64,000 bases of DNA from Octopus sinensis (GCF_006345805.1 NC_042998.1:74834001-74898000), one strand, 5' to 3'. Numbered from the stretch's first letter, positions 39,810 to 53,760 are shown. Numbers and translations: made by a program. The notes: generated by a model from the sequence alone, not told the origin.

Positions 39810-40009
39810 TAACGATTAAATAATTAAATTTAGAAAAATTAGAAGAAAAGTTTTTTTAAAAGAATATTTCTATAGTAGTGTTCAGATTTAAGTGGCATTC
39901 TGCCTTTCTCTGACTCCCTTGTTTGCACTTGTGTGTTCGAGGTAGTTGTGAGTTCTGGGTAGGGTAGTAGAGGGAAGGCTGGTGAGGAAAGGTTTGTCTC
40001 TGGTGTTTG

Positions 40010-42197
40010 TTCCAAAGGACTCAAGTTTACACCCACCCCACAACACCCTAACTACAATGAAATGAAAGAAGACATCGCAGAATCCTGCAGAAAATTAAGA
40101 CTTACTGAGGAGCTATACGATAAATACAACGAGGACGAATCGTTAGCCAGAAATAGGAGTAACTACACCCCCTCGAAAGGTAAGAATAAAACACTTGATG
40201 ATTTCTGTGACCACATATCAAATTACCCATATCAACATATGCACAAACAAAAACACAAACCAAACTTCAGCAAAAAAGAATGGGCTGAGTTGAACAAATT
40301 AAAACTAGATAAAACAATAACAATCAAAGAGGCCGATAAAGGGAGTGCTGTTGTCTTAATGGATACGACATTTTACATAACTTTGGTACTTTCTATGCTG
40401 GAAGACACAACATACTATGAAAAGGCACAAAACTACAGTCAACAAAAAATAATGAGGGAACTAAAATCCATATTAAACCCATACAAAGCATTATATTATT
40501 ATATGACCAATTTCACAAGTAAAACTAGCCAATTCTACGGTATTCCTAAGATCCACAAAAGTGAAAAAATAAGCAACGCATGCAAGATAGCTACAGACAA
40601 AATAATTAAAGTCCCTAATCCTAATGACCTCAAATTGAGACCCATAATAGCAGGTCCCGCATGCGAAACCCACCGCCTCAGTAACTTTTTAGACACCCTG
40701 TTAAAACCACTCCTCAAACATGTCAAAAGCTATATAAGGGACGACTTAGATATGCTCAATCACCTACCGAATACTATAAACAAAAGCACCATACTGGTAT
40801 CCTTCGATGTAGTCAACCTCTACTCCAATATCCCCCACAACCTAGGACTAGAGGCAATCCAATTCTGGCTAGAGAATCACGCCAACGAACTACCACACCG
40901 CATCAAAAAAGAATTTGTGATAGAAGGGGTTAAATTCAACCTGGAAAATAACTTCTTCGCCTTCATGACAACTTCTACCGACAAAAATCGGGGACTGCGA
41001 TGGGTACACGAATGGCCCCCTCCTTTGCCAACCTAGTCATAGGATACCTAGAGATCAGTCTGTATCGTAAGGTTCTAGAAAGATATGGCAGCCCTTTCTC
41101 CATCTACATAGAAAACAACTGGAAGAGATATCTAGATGACTGTTTCATCCTTTGGCATAAAAATATAGAAAAACTCATAGAATTCCAGAAAAATTTAAAC
41201 GGACTGGACGTAAACATCCAATTCACGATGGAATATAGCCAACAACAACTCCCCTTCCTCGATATCCTCATTAAGAAAGCTAATAATATAATAGAAACAG
41301 ACATATACTATAAGCCTACAGACTCTAAGCAATATCTTCCATTCAATTCATGCCACCCCAGACACACCAGGATGAATATCCCCTTCAATCTAGCAAAAAG
41401 GATATGCACTATAGTCTCTAACGCAAACACCAGAGACACACGACTACAAGAACTAAAAGATACCCTAATCACCAGGAACTATCCACCTTCACTTATTGAC
41501 AAATGCATTCAACGTGCCCTTCAACTTAACATCAAGGAACTGAGACATCCCAAATCAAAGAAAAACTTACAACCAAAAGCCTTACCATACATCTCCACAC
41601 ACAACCCTCTCAATAACGAAGCCTTCGACACCATCCTCCACAACATACCCCTCCTAAAAAAAGACCACACAGAATGAACACAATCCTCCAAACACACACG
41701 ATCATAAAAAGCAAAAGACAGCCTAGATCCATGAAAAGTCTCCTTACACAAGCCCGAATTCACTCTTCAACACAGAAGCCGACAGTAAAAAAATGTGGAA
41801 GACCCAATTGCGGGATATGCGACTATCTAATCGAGGGTTCTGAGTTCTCCTTCAAACAGGGACAACGTTTTACAGTGAAAAGCAACTTCACATGTGCTTC
41901 GGAGAACCTAATATACTCACTAACCTGCTCCGGGTGTCAAGAGCAGTACATAGGCCAAACAAAAAATGGTTTGCGTAAACGAATGGCCCTGCACAGATCC
42001 CAGATAAAAATTCCCCAGAACAGAAAAATAGCTTTTAGCCAACACATAGATACTTGCACCACAAAAAACACCAAACTTCAGAATTTTCCCCCTCTACCAA
42101 TTTAGGGACGATACAACTCGAGACAACGAATAAGTAAAGAAATCTCTTTATTACAAAATACAAGCCACTTCTTAACGGGTCTACGACAAACAATTAA
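40010..42197 (+). pseudogene. PLE polyprotein: reverse transcriptase + GIY-YIG endonuclease, about 3 frameshifts
   Basis: SKGLKFTPTP, KEADKG, YGIPKIHK, LRPII, SFDVVNLYSNIP, GTAMGTRMAPSFANL, RYLDDCF, LPFLDI, YYKPTD, SCHP; CGRPNCGIC; NLIYSLTCSGCQEQYIGQT. ORF track 40062-41036, 41000-41677, 41674-42105. Confidence 0.93.
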
Positions 42198-42329
42198 TAT
42201 ACCTCAACTTCAGAATAAAAGAAAAAAATATATATACACACACAAATACTACACTCCATAGAATCCATTACTAATCAGCCCCTTCATAGCTATATTTACA
42301 CCCATTCATATTCTCCCTTCTCTGTTTTT

Positions 42330-42560
42330 TTTTTCTTCTTCTTCCTCTCCTTCTTCATATCATCATCGTTATCATCATCATCGGCATCATCATCATCACC
42401 ACCATCATCACCCATCTCTCTCCTTCTCCTCCTTCTTCTTCTTCTTCTTCTTCATCATCATCGTTATCATCATCATCGTCGTCATAATCATCACCACCAT
42501 CACCATCATCGTCATCTTCTCCTTCTCCTTCTCCTTCTTCTTCTTCTTCTTCTTCTTCTC
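42330..42560. repeat. Alternating (CTT)n/(CAT)n blocks inside PLE 3' UTR
   Basis: Visible; CATCATCGTTATCATCATCATCG occurs twice. Confidence 0.85.
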
Positions 42561-42910
42561 CACCCCCTACCCCTTAAGTTTGTCACTAATGTTTTTTAGT
42601 ATAACACCTACGCTAATTCTATAAACAAGCCTGTCAATATAAATATTCTCCTGAATTGAACTGAGACTGCCAGCCGCCACTGACCATTCAAAATACGACC
42701 ATCAGGGCACTCCAGATTATCCCACCCCCCTTCCTCACCAGCCTTCCCTCTACTACCCTACCAAGAACTCACAACTACCTCGAACACACAAGTGCAAACA
42801 AGGGAGTCAGAGAAAGGCAGAATGCCACTTAAATCTGAACACTACTATAGAAATATTCTTTTAAAAAAACTTTTCTTCTAATTTTTCTAAATTTAATTAT
42901 TTATCGTTTA

Positions 42911-42948
42911 CAGTTGAAAAGGTCTCAAAATGACCGAAACCGGTACTG
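42911..42948 (+). ncRNA. Hammerhead motif, U3-A8 variant (UUGAAAA), GUA site
   Basis: CAG-TTGAAAA-GGTC-tcaaaat-GACC-GAA-ACCGGT-A-CTG; predicted cleavage after 42945. Confidence 0.7.
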
Positions 42949-43044
42949 AAATGTTCACTATAAAATTATTTTAGCATTTTCTATTTTTTACTTGTTTTTT
43001 CATATATATCAACTCGTGTGTTCCTTTTCACCCTTATACATATA

Positions 43045-43115
<71 letters not shown>

Positions 43116-45150
43116 CTGATGGGTTTGGTGAAATTGATGCCACTAATATTCCTTTTGAACCATTGCAAGTTACTACTCACAGGAAATACATGACCAAGGA
43201 GGAATTACTAGAAAATTGCCTCTCAATGGACGGGAAGGACAGAGTGCAGTACTTTGTGCGGTTGGATGGTGTTTTGGATAGGTCAAGGGCGATGAAAGAA
43301 GGGTGAAGTAGATCGGCAAAGCCTGGAGAGAGGTGACATAGACCAAGTCGTCTCCTTTATAGTAGTGTAGAAAACCAGCGACTGGAGATAGTGCATCAGG
43401 TGGCCATAGACCAGAGGGTTCCTGTGGGTGACTTTATGTCAATCAGTCGTGTAGTCCCTGTTGGCCTATGATGTTTGTATGAGCATCATCAACAACACTG
43501 TCCCAGATATAAGAGTAATATTCCGCTAGGGATCTCACCTGAGATTAGTGTTTGGTTAATTTTGTAATCCTTTTAAGTCAAAGTTTTATTATTCATAAAA
43601 AGTGTTTCAATTTCTAGTGATAATACATCTTCTAACATATGCTGGTGGCTACCCTCTATTAGTATAGAACATCAAAAGAAGTTAACGGCTCTATTTTCCA
43701 TTAGTTATCTTACGTCACCTACCTTCCTTTAGTATCAAGAAATATCTTATTACCATTTGAAAGATTTCTTCATCATTTGAATTTTTTCAATGCTCCAAGA
43801 CCCCTTTTTGATATACAATAGTATCTTAAATGATGTTATTATGAAAATATAATTTTATAGATAATTATAGGCAATACTTCCCCAATCCCGAAACTAATCA
43901 ATTTGAAAAAAAGGAAACTGACGTTTAATGTTTTTCCCCGATTGATCTATTGAGTTAAACAAACAAAAAAAAAACAGCAGTAAACTGATTTGATGGTGTC
44001 TTCAGTTAGGTCAGTGATTGGCAGGTATGTGAACTAATGATAGTTGTAAACATTTGTCTAACGAACTGCTTCATCAATTCTATACAGACACATAGAAAGA
44101 TAATTACATTGTACGATTGAACTTGGCTATAATTTCGAATGTTTGATGAGTTCTTTGTAATACGGGAAAATCATTCATTATTCTTGTATAATTCAACACT
44201 TTAAACTTACAGACAAGTTTATGTACTCTGTGAAAACTTCCACTAATTATAATATCGATAAACACCATTCACATCCACTCTGATGAATATTATATCGTTT
44301 CACACACAGATAACACACTGATAACACATTGATGTGATATTATAAAATATTTCTTTTAAACGTTATCAATAAATTAATTAACAACAACAACAACAAAAGA
44401 ACATACAAACACAAGCATGGCAAGCGGCAATCTTTTAGCTAAACATTGATTTTAGTAACCACTGACTAAACAAAGTATATGTAAATTTTAAACTCATCAG
44501 CCACAACAGACAAATATATTTTCAGAACAGAACTTTTCCTAATTCATATAATTTTCTAATAATCAGACCTGGGATAGATGCTGTAACATAATTTTATTTT
44601 TCGCAATAAATATAACACATGTTCAAACACTCTTTTGCCTCATTCCATCACTAAGTACTTTGTAAACAACCTTTTTGTTACCAACAGAAATTAGATCAAT
44701 CTTGCGAAATATGATGATTCTACAAATGGCAATCTTGTTTACAGGTCGGTGATAGTAGGGTTTGGATACTACGGTGCGGACTAAGTTTCATTTAGGCCTT
44801 AAGACCAAAATTCTGGACATGTATTAATATTATTAGACTTCAACAGACGGGCATAGTCTGCCATTGCTGCCAAGCGTAGATGAATTCAGAGCTATACAAG
44901 AAACTAAATAGTAACTTTATTGCTCACAAACTCATAGACAGGAGTCAGAAAAATTTAAATAATTACATTCAATTAAATATGTAGCATGACCAATAGAGTC
45001 ATCAATGATGATATTCTAGGAAGGAGACAATCTGTCTCAACTCCCCCAAAATGCATCTGTATTTATTTATGTCTATATATTTGCATGTTAGTACGTATGT
45101 GTGCATCAATTTGATATGTATGTGAATATGTATGTACATATGTATATATA

Positions 45151-45232
<82 letters not shown>

Positions 45233-45408
45233 GGGGGAGTTTACGAAAAGACAACAAAGACGAAGACAGGTTGTGTACAAAACAAACACATGTATTAGTA
45301 TAACGCTCAGGAATAGAAAAAGTCTTTTACGTTTCGAGCCTACGCTCTTCTACAGAAAGGGACACAGAGAGAAAAAAATGTGTGTAGTGGCTAGCGATCT
45401 ATCATGGC

Positions 45409-45410
<2 letters not shown>
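45233..45410 (-). mobile_element. PLE terminal fragment between (TA)n tracts
   Basis: Homologous to 18042-18113; related to 18474-18662; contains an HHR-like motif. Confidence 0.55.
45324..45359 (-). ncRNA. Minimal hammerhead-like motif, A6U variant (CUGUAGA), GUA site
   Basis: CTTT-CTGTAGA-aGAGC-gtag-GCTC-GAA-ACGT-A-AAAG. Confidence 0.45.
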
Positions 45411-45461
<51 letters not shown>

Positions 45462-45551
45462 AAAATATGGTAAAGTGAAAAAATTCACTTTACCACACAC
45501 CGAACTTTTCAGAAATAGCAGCCAGAAATTTGGCTATTTCTTCAACTGCAA

Positions 45552-46067
45552 ATAAAAGTCTCCAGACAATGCATACTCAGAAAATAAATCACATAGGTAT
45601 AAGAGAAAAAAACAATGAAAGATCACATCCATATACGATACCTACATACCGAATACTGCTTGGTCGAATTTATTAACAATTAATTAATTCGACCCCTTTT
45701 TTGATAACTATATAATGCTTTCTCTCCAAGAATTTGAACTACAGTTTTTACCTCTGTAGAAATGTAATGCTCTATGACTCACGTGGGTGGACAGGGAGAA
45801 TAATAGATCTCATTCGTATTTTTGGATTCGCTAGTACTGGGTGTCTGGCATGGTTTGTCCGATGTTACAGATATCGGACGGGTATGTTTGATTCTTAGTA
45901 TTTTCAAATCTAAATCAGAGGAAATCTCTGAGCTGATGAAGGAAAAGTGGCGTTTTACCCACAAATCCAGAAACAGACTGTCCTCGGGTATCGTATATGG
46001 ATGTGATCTTTCATTGTTTTCTCTTATACCTATGTGAGTTATTTTCTGAGTATGCATTGTCTGGAGA

Positions 46068-46074
<7 letters not shown>
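45552..46074. repeat. ~90-bp inverted repeat (45552-45642 / 45987-46074) enclosing 344 bp
   Basis: One mismatch and a 3-nt poly-A indel between the arms (hand alignment). Confidence 0.9.
45927..45988 (+). ncRNA. Type I hammerhead ribozyme motif, CUGAUGA core, GUC site
   Basis: TCTGAG-CTGATGA-aGGA-aaa-GTGG-cgttttac-CCAC-aaa-TCCa-GAA-ACAG-a-CTGT-C-CTCGGG; predicted cleavage after 45982. Confidence 0.72.
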
Positions 46075-46103
<29 letters not shown>

Positions 46104-46725
46104 CATATACATGTGTGTGTGTGTGCATGCATGCATGAAATCCTTGTCTCCAATTATTGCCATATTACTCAGAGGATATTTAATATGACTAAACATGTTC
46201 GGATTTATTATTTCCGTAAAGTCACGATCAAAATTTCAATATATTAGTTTTTAATAATTTTAAATTAACACACAACGAAATAGTCTCCTGTGCTTTTTGA
46301 GAAAATTCATCATTAAGCAAAATTATTTTCTTCCCATTTCGGGTATGATTTTAGTTAACTATTTTAGTTTTCCCTATCTTAAGTATGCCAACACCCACAT
46401 TTTGGTTTTCATTTTCAAAATGTCTTGTAGGATTTAAATCCAGCTATATTAGTGCCAGAAAATTCATCAAAGTGTATTGTTATTATAGTTGTAAAGTTTT
46501 TTAAAACTTTGCTGAAATTACAGAAATCGCTGTATATTCTTTGGTAAATAAATTCAATGATAACTCGATGAAGAGCCGAAAACATTGTAGAGGTACCTTT
46601 AACAATTCGTACAACTTGTAGTTAGGTAACATTTTATGATCTTAGTCTATAAATGTGAAATGCGTATGTATGTGTACGTATATATGCTTGAAATTATCTC
46701 TCGTATATATGTTTGAAATTATATA

Positions 46726-46726
<1 letters not shown>

Positions 46727-46772
<46 letters not shown>

Positions 46773-46774
46773 TA

Positions 46775-46832
<58 letters not shown>

Positions 46833-46848
46833 ATATATATATATATAT
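46727..46848. repeat. (CT)n-(TA)n microsatellite
   Basis: Visible. Confidence 0.95.
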
Positions 46849-48610
46849 TGACGCAGCAAAGGAAATACGAAAGTATACGCATTCCTATTTTGCTTTGACA
46901 ACATGCAACAGATGCGCGTGTGTCTGTTTAATGACCAGTTGTTAGTAGATAATTGTGAGCCATACATATATGGAAATACACAAATATATATATATGTATA
47001 TATATATGTGTGTGTCTGTGTGTGTGTGTGCGTGTGTGTGTATGTGTGTGTGTGTGAATATGCAAATATATACATATATATGCTAGTGTACAAATATACA
47101 GATATAGACATAATACATATACATACATGCACACACACATATATACACCACGGCTGCGGTCTTTTGAAGGTTTTTAACTACACACATTAATGCCTGTCAA
47201 AAGTCTGTTAATGACAGAACATATAGTTTTTGTTTTTTCCAGCAATTTCCCGCGTGTTAAATACAAACAGAAAATATTTTCTGGCAGAAAGTTAACTTGA
47301 TCTTTATTGGTTGTGATTTATTTTTTCAGCTGCCATGCGTTTATTTATACTCATTAAGAAGTCACGTCACTCAATACAGTTTTGCATCAATTAGCCACAG
47401 AAAAAAAATTCAAGGTAGTTTTATTTGTTTTAATTTCTTTTCCAAACTGAAACGATGAAGTCAGTTTTATCTTTTCACAAAGGATATTTAGAATAACCAC
47501 AACTTATAAAAAGTAATACAAAAAATAATACAAAACTATAACATAATAGCTATGGAAAAAGTAAAAAGAAAGCTGCGAAGTAAGTTAATTGCAAATTGTA
47601 AGTGTAGTGGAAAAGTAAACATCTAAGGTACAATATTTTATTAAAGGGTTTCAAATCATAGTAAAATATAAAATCTGATGTAAAACTTTGTACAATTTAT
47701 GTCACATTGAATTTATTTTTAAATAACAAAAAATAACAGACGTCAATGAAGTTCTGTGTAAAAATAAATTTTGTTTCGTGCATTTAATTAGAGAACTGTG
47801 CAAATTTTCTTTTCTGAAAGACGATGTATTTCCATGGTTATTTAAACGGGAATAAATGACGTGAATGTAGGTGTGCTTGCTTATACAAGCTTGTATCAGA
47901 GTATATGTGTAGAAGTTTGTTTAATTATATATTTATCCTTTTGTCGAAGCACCTAATGACATTGGACAAAGGATCGGTAAATATTCCACTCCTTCATCCA
48001 AGATTTTGTGGACGAAAATATACACACATATGGATACACAACCACACATGCACGTACATTCACACAATTACTCAAAGGCAATTATATCTTAATTTAAACG
48101 CATTCACAATCCTTAGGGTCACATTTGGCGAAACAGTACATTCGGGTATCATCGTTATATGCATGATCAATCGAATATTTTTACTTTATCCATCATACTT
48201 TTTTCTTTCATTCAGTGCTTCACCTTTTATGTTTTACTTTTTTTGCTTTTCGAGGTTTTACTGTTATCGTTACATAATATTTTGACTGATACTATTGCCA
48301 TTTACCATATATTTATAAATTCATACGAATTCCTTATAATTTCCTCAAGGAAAGAGAAAATATGCCCATGATCTTGACAGCCCCTGATTAATGAGATTAA
48401 TGCAGTTGGTGTTTAGATTCAATATTTGTACATTCATATTTATGGGAGTACCATGAGTGAACGGAAAATCCCTATAGAATTAGTGAAGTGTTGAATCGTG
48501 AATTTGTTAGGTGCGACAGTAATGATGACGACAGGAGGGCAGGTTGGTGTGTCAGATAGGATGCGGTTTCATGTATACTGTTTAAAGGAACAAAGGAAAT
48601 TTTCCTACTA

Positions 48611-50620
48611 CAATGATTCTTCGCAGTACGTGTTTAATTCGTTCCATTACTGAGCTCGTTTTACGATTTACTCGTTTTACAAATCAATTTTTCCCGTTAA
48701 ATTGACTAAAATAATATAATTAATCCGTTCCAGCCCCACCACCACCACCACCACCCAAAAATATTTTATGGGTTTTAACGCAGATAAATGAAATGACAAG
48801 AGAATGCATAAGAAATATGTAACCTGGGTTTATTGACTGAATGACCTTAAAAATATAACAATTCGCAAGCGAGGAAGACGATAGAGCAAGGAGGAGGCGG
48901 ATCATCGTCTTCCATTAAGACTTCAGGAAGAACAATTTCTGGCATTTTCTCTTTCACTTCGCTTAATTTAGGCTTTTTAGACACACTTTTTTCATTTTTT
49001 ACACTTGTAGGTTGTTTCATTAGAAACACATCAAGAGAAGTTTCTGCCTTTCAAAATGTTACGAAAATGCACCAGAGCAGTGTCATTGAATAAAGCAGCA
49101 CCACGACCTGTAGCTACTTTTTCAGGATAATATTTTTCTACAAATTCAGAAAGTTTCTACCATCTTGCCAACACTCCCTTTATGTCACACGTACATATAG
49201 CATTCTCCGCTACAATGCCATGCCATATCGATGATTTTTAGACAGTTTTCAGTGCTTCTTTTAAAACTAGCGAAGGGTTAGATTTGTATTTTCAGTGACT
49301 TGGTGTACAATTTCTTAAAATTAGAAATCATCTGTTGGTCTATGGGCTGCAAGATAGGGTGATGTTGCGTGAAAGGTACAGAAATTTTATAAATTTAAAT
49401 TTGTCCAGGATATCTTCTTCGAGGTTAGGAGGGTGTGTGAGCAGAGGTATAGGTTGGCCTTGAGATGAGGTTGGCATTGAGAGGAAGATTGTTCTCCAGA
49501 ATATACTTTTTCACTGCTGGTCCGAAGACAAGGCTGACCCACTCGGAGAAGCATTGCCTGGTGACTCAAGCTTTAACGTTTGCCCTCCACATGACCTGCA
49601 GCTTTTCCTTCAGCATTTTGTGCGACTTGAACGCACGTGAGTTTTCGGAATAGTAGGCAAGGAGCGACTTAATCTACAAGTCTCCGCTCGCATTGGCACA
49701 AAGGGTGAGAGTTAATCTATCTTTCACAGGCTTGTGGCCTGGCACTTTCTTCTCCTCTGCAGTTATGTAGGTTCTTCATTTTTTAAAAAGACCAGTTTCA
49801 TCAAAGCTTAATACCTGTTATGCGATATACTCCTCCGCTACGATGAGCTGACGGAATTCACGCACGAAATCTTCAGCTGCCTTCGTGTCAGAACTCATTA
49901 TTTCTCCATACCTGACGACGCTATGAACACTAGTCCTCTTCTTGAAGTTATCAAACCAACCGCGACTGCTCTTAAATGCGTCTACTGATGTCACTTCCGT
50001 CGATGTTCAAAGGTTCTGTCTAAGGGGATCCCCATACAGTGCTCGTGCTTTCTCGCAGATGATGGTCTCCATAATCGTATCTCATGCGAGTAGCTTCATG
50101 TTGATCCACAGGAGAAGCAATTTTTCCATCTTTTCGTGGACAGATGTTCATTGCTTAGGGCGCCTGGAGACATCCTTTGCTGTTGCAACAGCGTTGATCT
50201 CGTCCTTTTTCTTCAGGATGGTGCAGATTGTCGACGTGCTTCAGTCGTATTGTCGTGCTGTGTCCAATACATGCACTCTTCTTCTGTTTATCAATGATTT
50301 TCTTCTTCAGTTCTATCATAATCAGCTTTGTCTTCCTCTCAGCACTGCCTTTTGTACCAACATTCTCAGGACCCATGGCTATCACAACTCATAACTGTAT
50401 TAAAAAAGGATAACAAAAATGCCTCAAACTAAACAAAAACAATAGAAAAAACACAACAAGAGCTGCTACGATATAAACACGCGAACTAAGCGAGCTCAGT
50501 GTCGACTAGCGGTCGCGTGTATGAAACTCGCTCGTACTTCAAGACAAAAATTCGCAGGAGTCTCAGCTCGTACAGAAAATTACTCATACAATAGTGCACT
50601 CGTACTGCGAGGTCCTACTG
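48611..50620 (-). mobile_element. Tigger/pogo (TIGD1-like) DNA transposon, ~2.0 kb, decayed, both ends present
   Basis: TA at 48609-10 and 50621-22; degenerate TIRs share TCGCAGTACG. Minus-strand peptides: MGPENVG...ELKKKII, STICTILK, MEKLLLLWI, FKSSRGWFDNFKKR, FDETGLF, KDRLTLTLCANASGD, EKYYPEKVATGRGAALFND. Confidence 0.88.
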
Positions 50621-51329
50621 TAATAGAAGACATGGAGAAAGAAATGTTTGCTCTCTTTAAACAAATAGTTGAGCACTGTTCGTCACTGAATCCCCAACAT
50701 TTCTTAAAATTAAATGGTATTTTATGTGTGTGTGTCTGTATGTCCGTGTATGTGTGTGAGAGAGAGAGAGAGACAGAGAGAGGGGGTGCAAAAAGCTGTT
50801 CCATTCATGTGAATTGTACTCCGATATGGGGTAAACGTTCAAAATCTTGAATTCTTCCTTTAATGATCACGAATGTGGCTTCTATAAAACCGATCTACTG
50901 GAACTTTGCCCTTCGTCAGTTAACTACTTCACCATTAACTTAAAGAAACATGACTTGGAAATTATTGGTGTACTCGACAAAAATAGTGTTGTATTCTAGG
51001 CTTCAATCTGTAGCAATAACAAGAAAGGGTTACTACTATGGAAAACCAGCCTGAAACGAATGTCAACAGCTTAAAGAATATATTAGAAAATAACTTGTAA
51101 GGTTGCTAGTAGTTAAAACTGAGATTCATTGCAGGGTTAACATAAGTTATTTTCACAAGGTAGGTAATTTCTAAAAAAGATGTATGATTACGACCCACTG
51201 AAATTTTTTAGTTCTTCGAAATTAATTAACAAAACGAATAAATATTTGATTTTATGTATCCTTTTCTTTATAGTTCCTTAATTTCGAATTCAAATTTCTA
51301 ATTCTGCTCAATATTGGCTTCAAATTCTG

Positions 51330-51510
51330 ACACAAAAGCAGCAGGTTTAGGGGAGGAGTTAAGTCGATTAAATCAATCCTAGTGTCCACCTAGTACTTAT
51401 TTTATCGCTCACGAATAAATGAAAAAAGCAAAGACAACCCCTGTGAAATTTGAAACTACAACGGCATTCCGTCCAGCTTGCTAACCATTCTGCCAGCTCG
51501 CTGCCTTAAT
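51330..51510 (-). mobile_element. Degenerate family B SINE
   Basis: Minus strand begins GGCAGCGAGCTGGCAGAATGGTTAGCAAGC (A-box-like); weak match to 38492-38690. Confidence 0.6.
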
Positions 51511-51726
51511 CTCGTTAAAAATCAACAAGAAACGATTATCTCATTTGTAATAACTGAGCCTACTAGGGGAGCTACGTTTATTATTATGTCCGTATTATTA
51601 TGTCTCGTATTAACATGGACAACATGCAATAGAATCTTCAAGGTTGCCGCAAATGCTATGACACACTTTTAAGTACACACGGTGATACTTATATTAATAC
51701 TAACGTCGATGCATCCCTAGAAGTAT

Positions 51727-52285
<559 letters not shown>

Positions 52286-52500
52286 TATATATACATACAT
52301 ATACGCACGTAGAAACATGCATACAAACCTCATTATTGTCGGCTAGACAACAATGAAAGAGTCTTATTTCTGGATTAGAAACTGACTCTTTCTTGATTAT
52401 GATAAATTTGAAAGTAAACTAGAAATACACACACGATCGCACGGGTGTTCAAGCATTCGTATTTCTGTACCAATGTATGTACACGCACAACACACACACC

Positions 52501-52575
<75 letters not shown>

Positions 52576-53635
52576 GCATATACATTTATATGTATGTATT
52601 CACGCATAGGTGTGTGTGCAATTTTCTATGCCTAAATACACGAACCATACACACACACATACATATACACGCGCATACACACATACACATATACACATAC
52701 ACAACATGTGTGTATATCTGCGGACAGAATGTATTTATCTTTGTTTCTATGTATGTAATATAAGGCCGTCTAAATACCTAGTTGTTGATTAATTAATTAA
52801 TTAATCATCTCTCATCTCTTAATTAGTTTTGGATTCTATAAAAAAAGTCAACCTTAATCAAGCGCAATACAGAAAATAATTATTTTAGACGTAGTATATA
52901 TGTATATGCTATGTATAGGTGTGTTGGCTGCGTAGATGATAAAGATAGATAAGTGAGATCATATGTGATCGTAGGAACCAAGAATTAGTTATTTACGAAT
53001 AAGCCCATTAATGGGGATATCAGAAATATAATTCTCATTGTAGTTCTTTTTAGGAATACACAACGATGCACTATGTTGAAGCAGCCTTGATAAGTGTCTA
53101 ACTTGATAAATGCGTGTGAAACGTGGAAGTTTTATGCCTCTAACTATTGTTATCCTATCATTAATCTTCATGAAGTCACATCGATACTTAACAGATATAA
53201 GGAACTAGCCAAATTAGTTTTATATTCACTAAACCCTATGCTGTGTGATAATAATATTCGCCAGGTATTTGTATGTGTGTGGAGGAGTGCTTGTACAATG
53301 CATTGGTCTAGTCATGCTTGTAGTTGGTACACGCTGCTTCCACATGCTACTCTCTCCTTTCACCTACTGTTGCCAGTTAACTGTCTGTGAAAGGTTAAAA
53401 TGTATGTAAGTCTCCTCCCACAGGTTCAGAGAGTCCCCCATCCCCACTAGGACGCATGCAGCGCCTCCTCATGGCCATATATTGTATTCGGGTACTATGC
53501 AGTCAGGTAGATCTTCGAACAACGGAGGTCTCTAGATTTTTGAGTAAGAACTGAGATGAAAAACTTGGTACAAGACGTTTGATAATAATCTGTTTGTAGA
53601 TGAGAAACTAAATAGTAAACTAGGGACGCTGTCTA

Positions 53636-53637
53636 CT

Positions 53638-53671
<34 letters not shown>

Positions 53672-53695
53672 CTACTACTACTACTACTACTACTG

Positions 53696-53738
<43 letters not shown>

Positions 53739-53760
53739 CACTACTGCTGCTGCTGCTACT
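53636..53760. repeat. (ACA)n-(CTA)n-(CTG)n compound trinucleotide repeat
   Basis: Visible. Confidence 0.95.

Noticed and set aside
43140-43520. GC-richer segment possibly from a LINE
   Set aside because: No recognisable motif in the frames I translated.
46562-46595. Hammerhead-like TCGATGAAGAGCCGAAAAC
   Set aside because: The core is altered and neither stem I nor stem II pairs convincingly.
47905-48371. Hydrophobic ORFs resembling membrane proteins
   Set aside because: Explained by T-rich low-complexity sequence; no family motifs.
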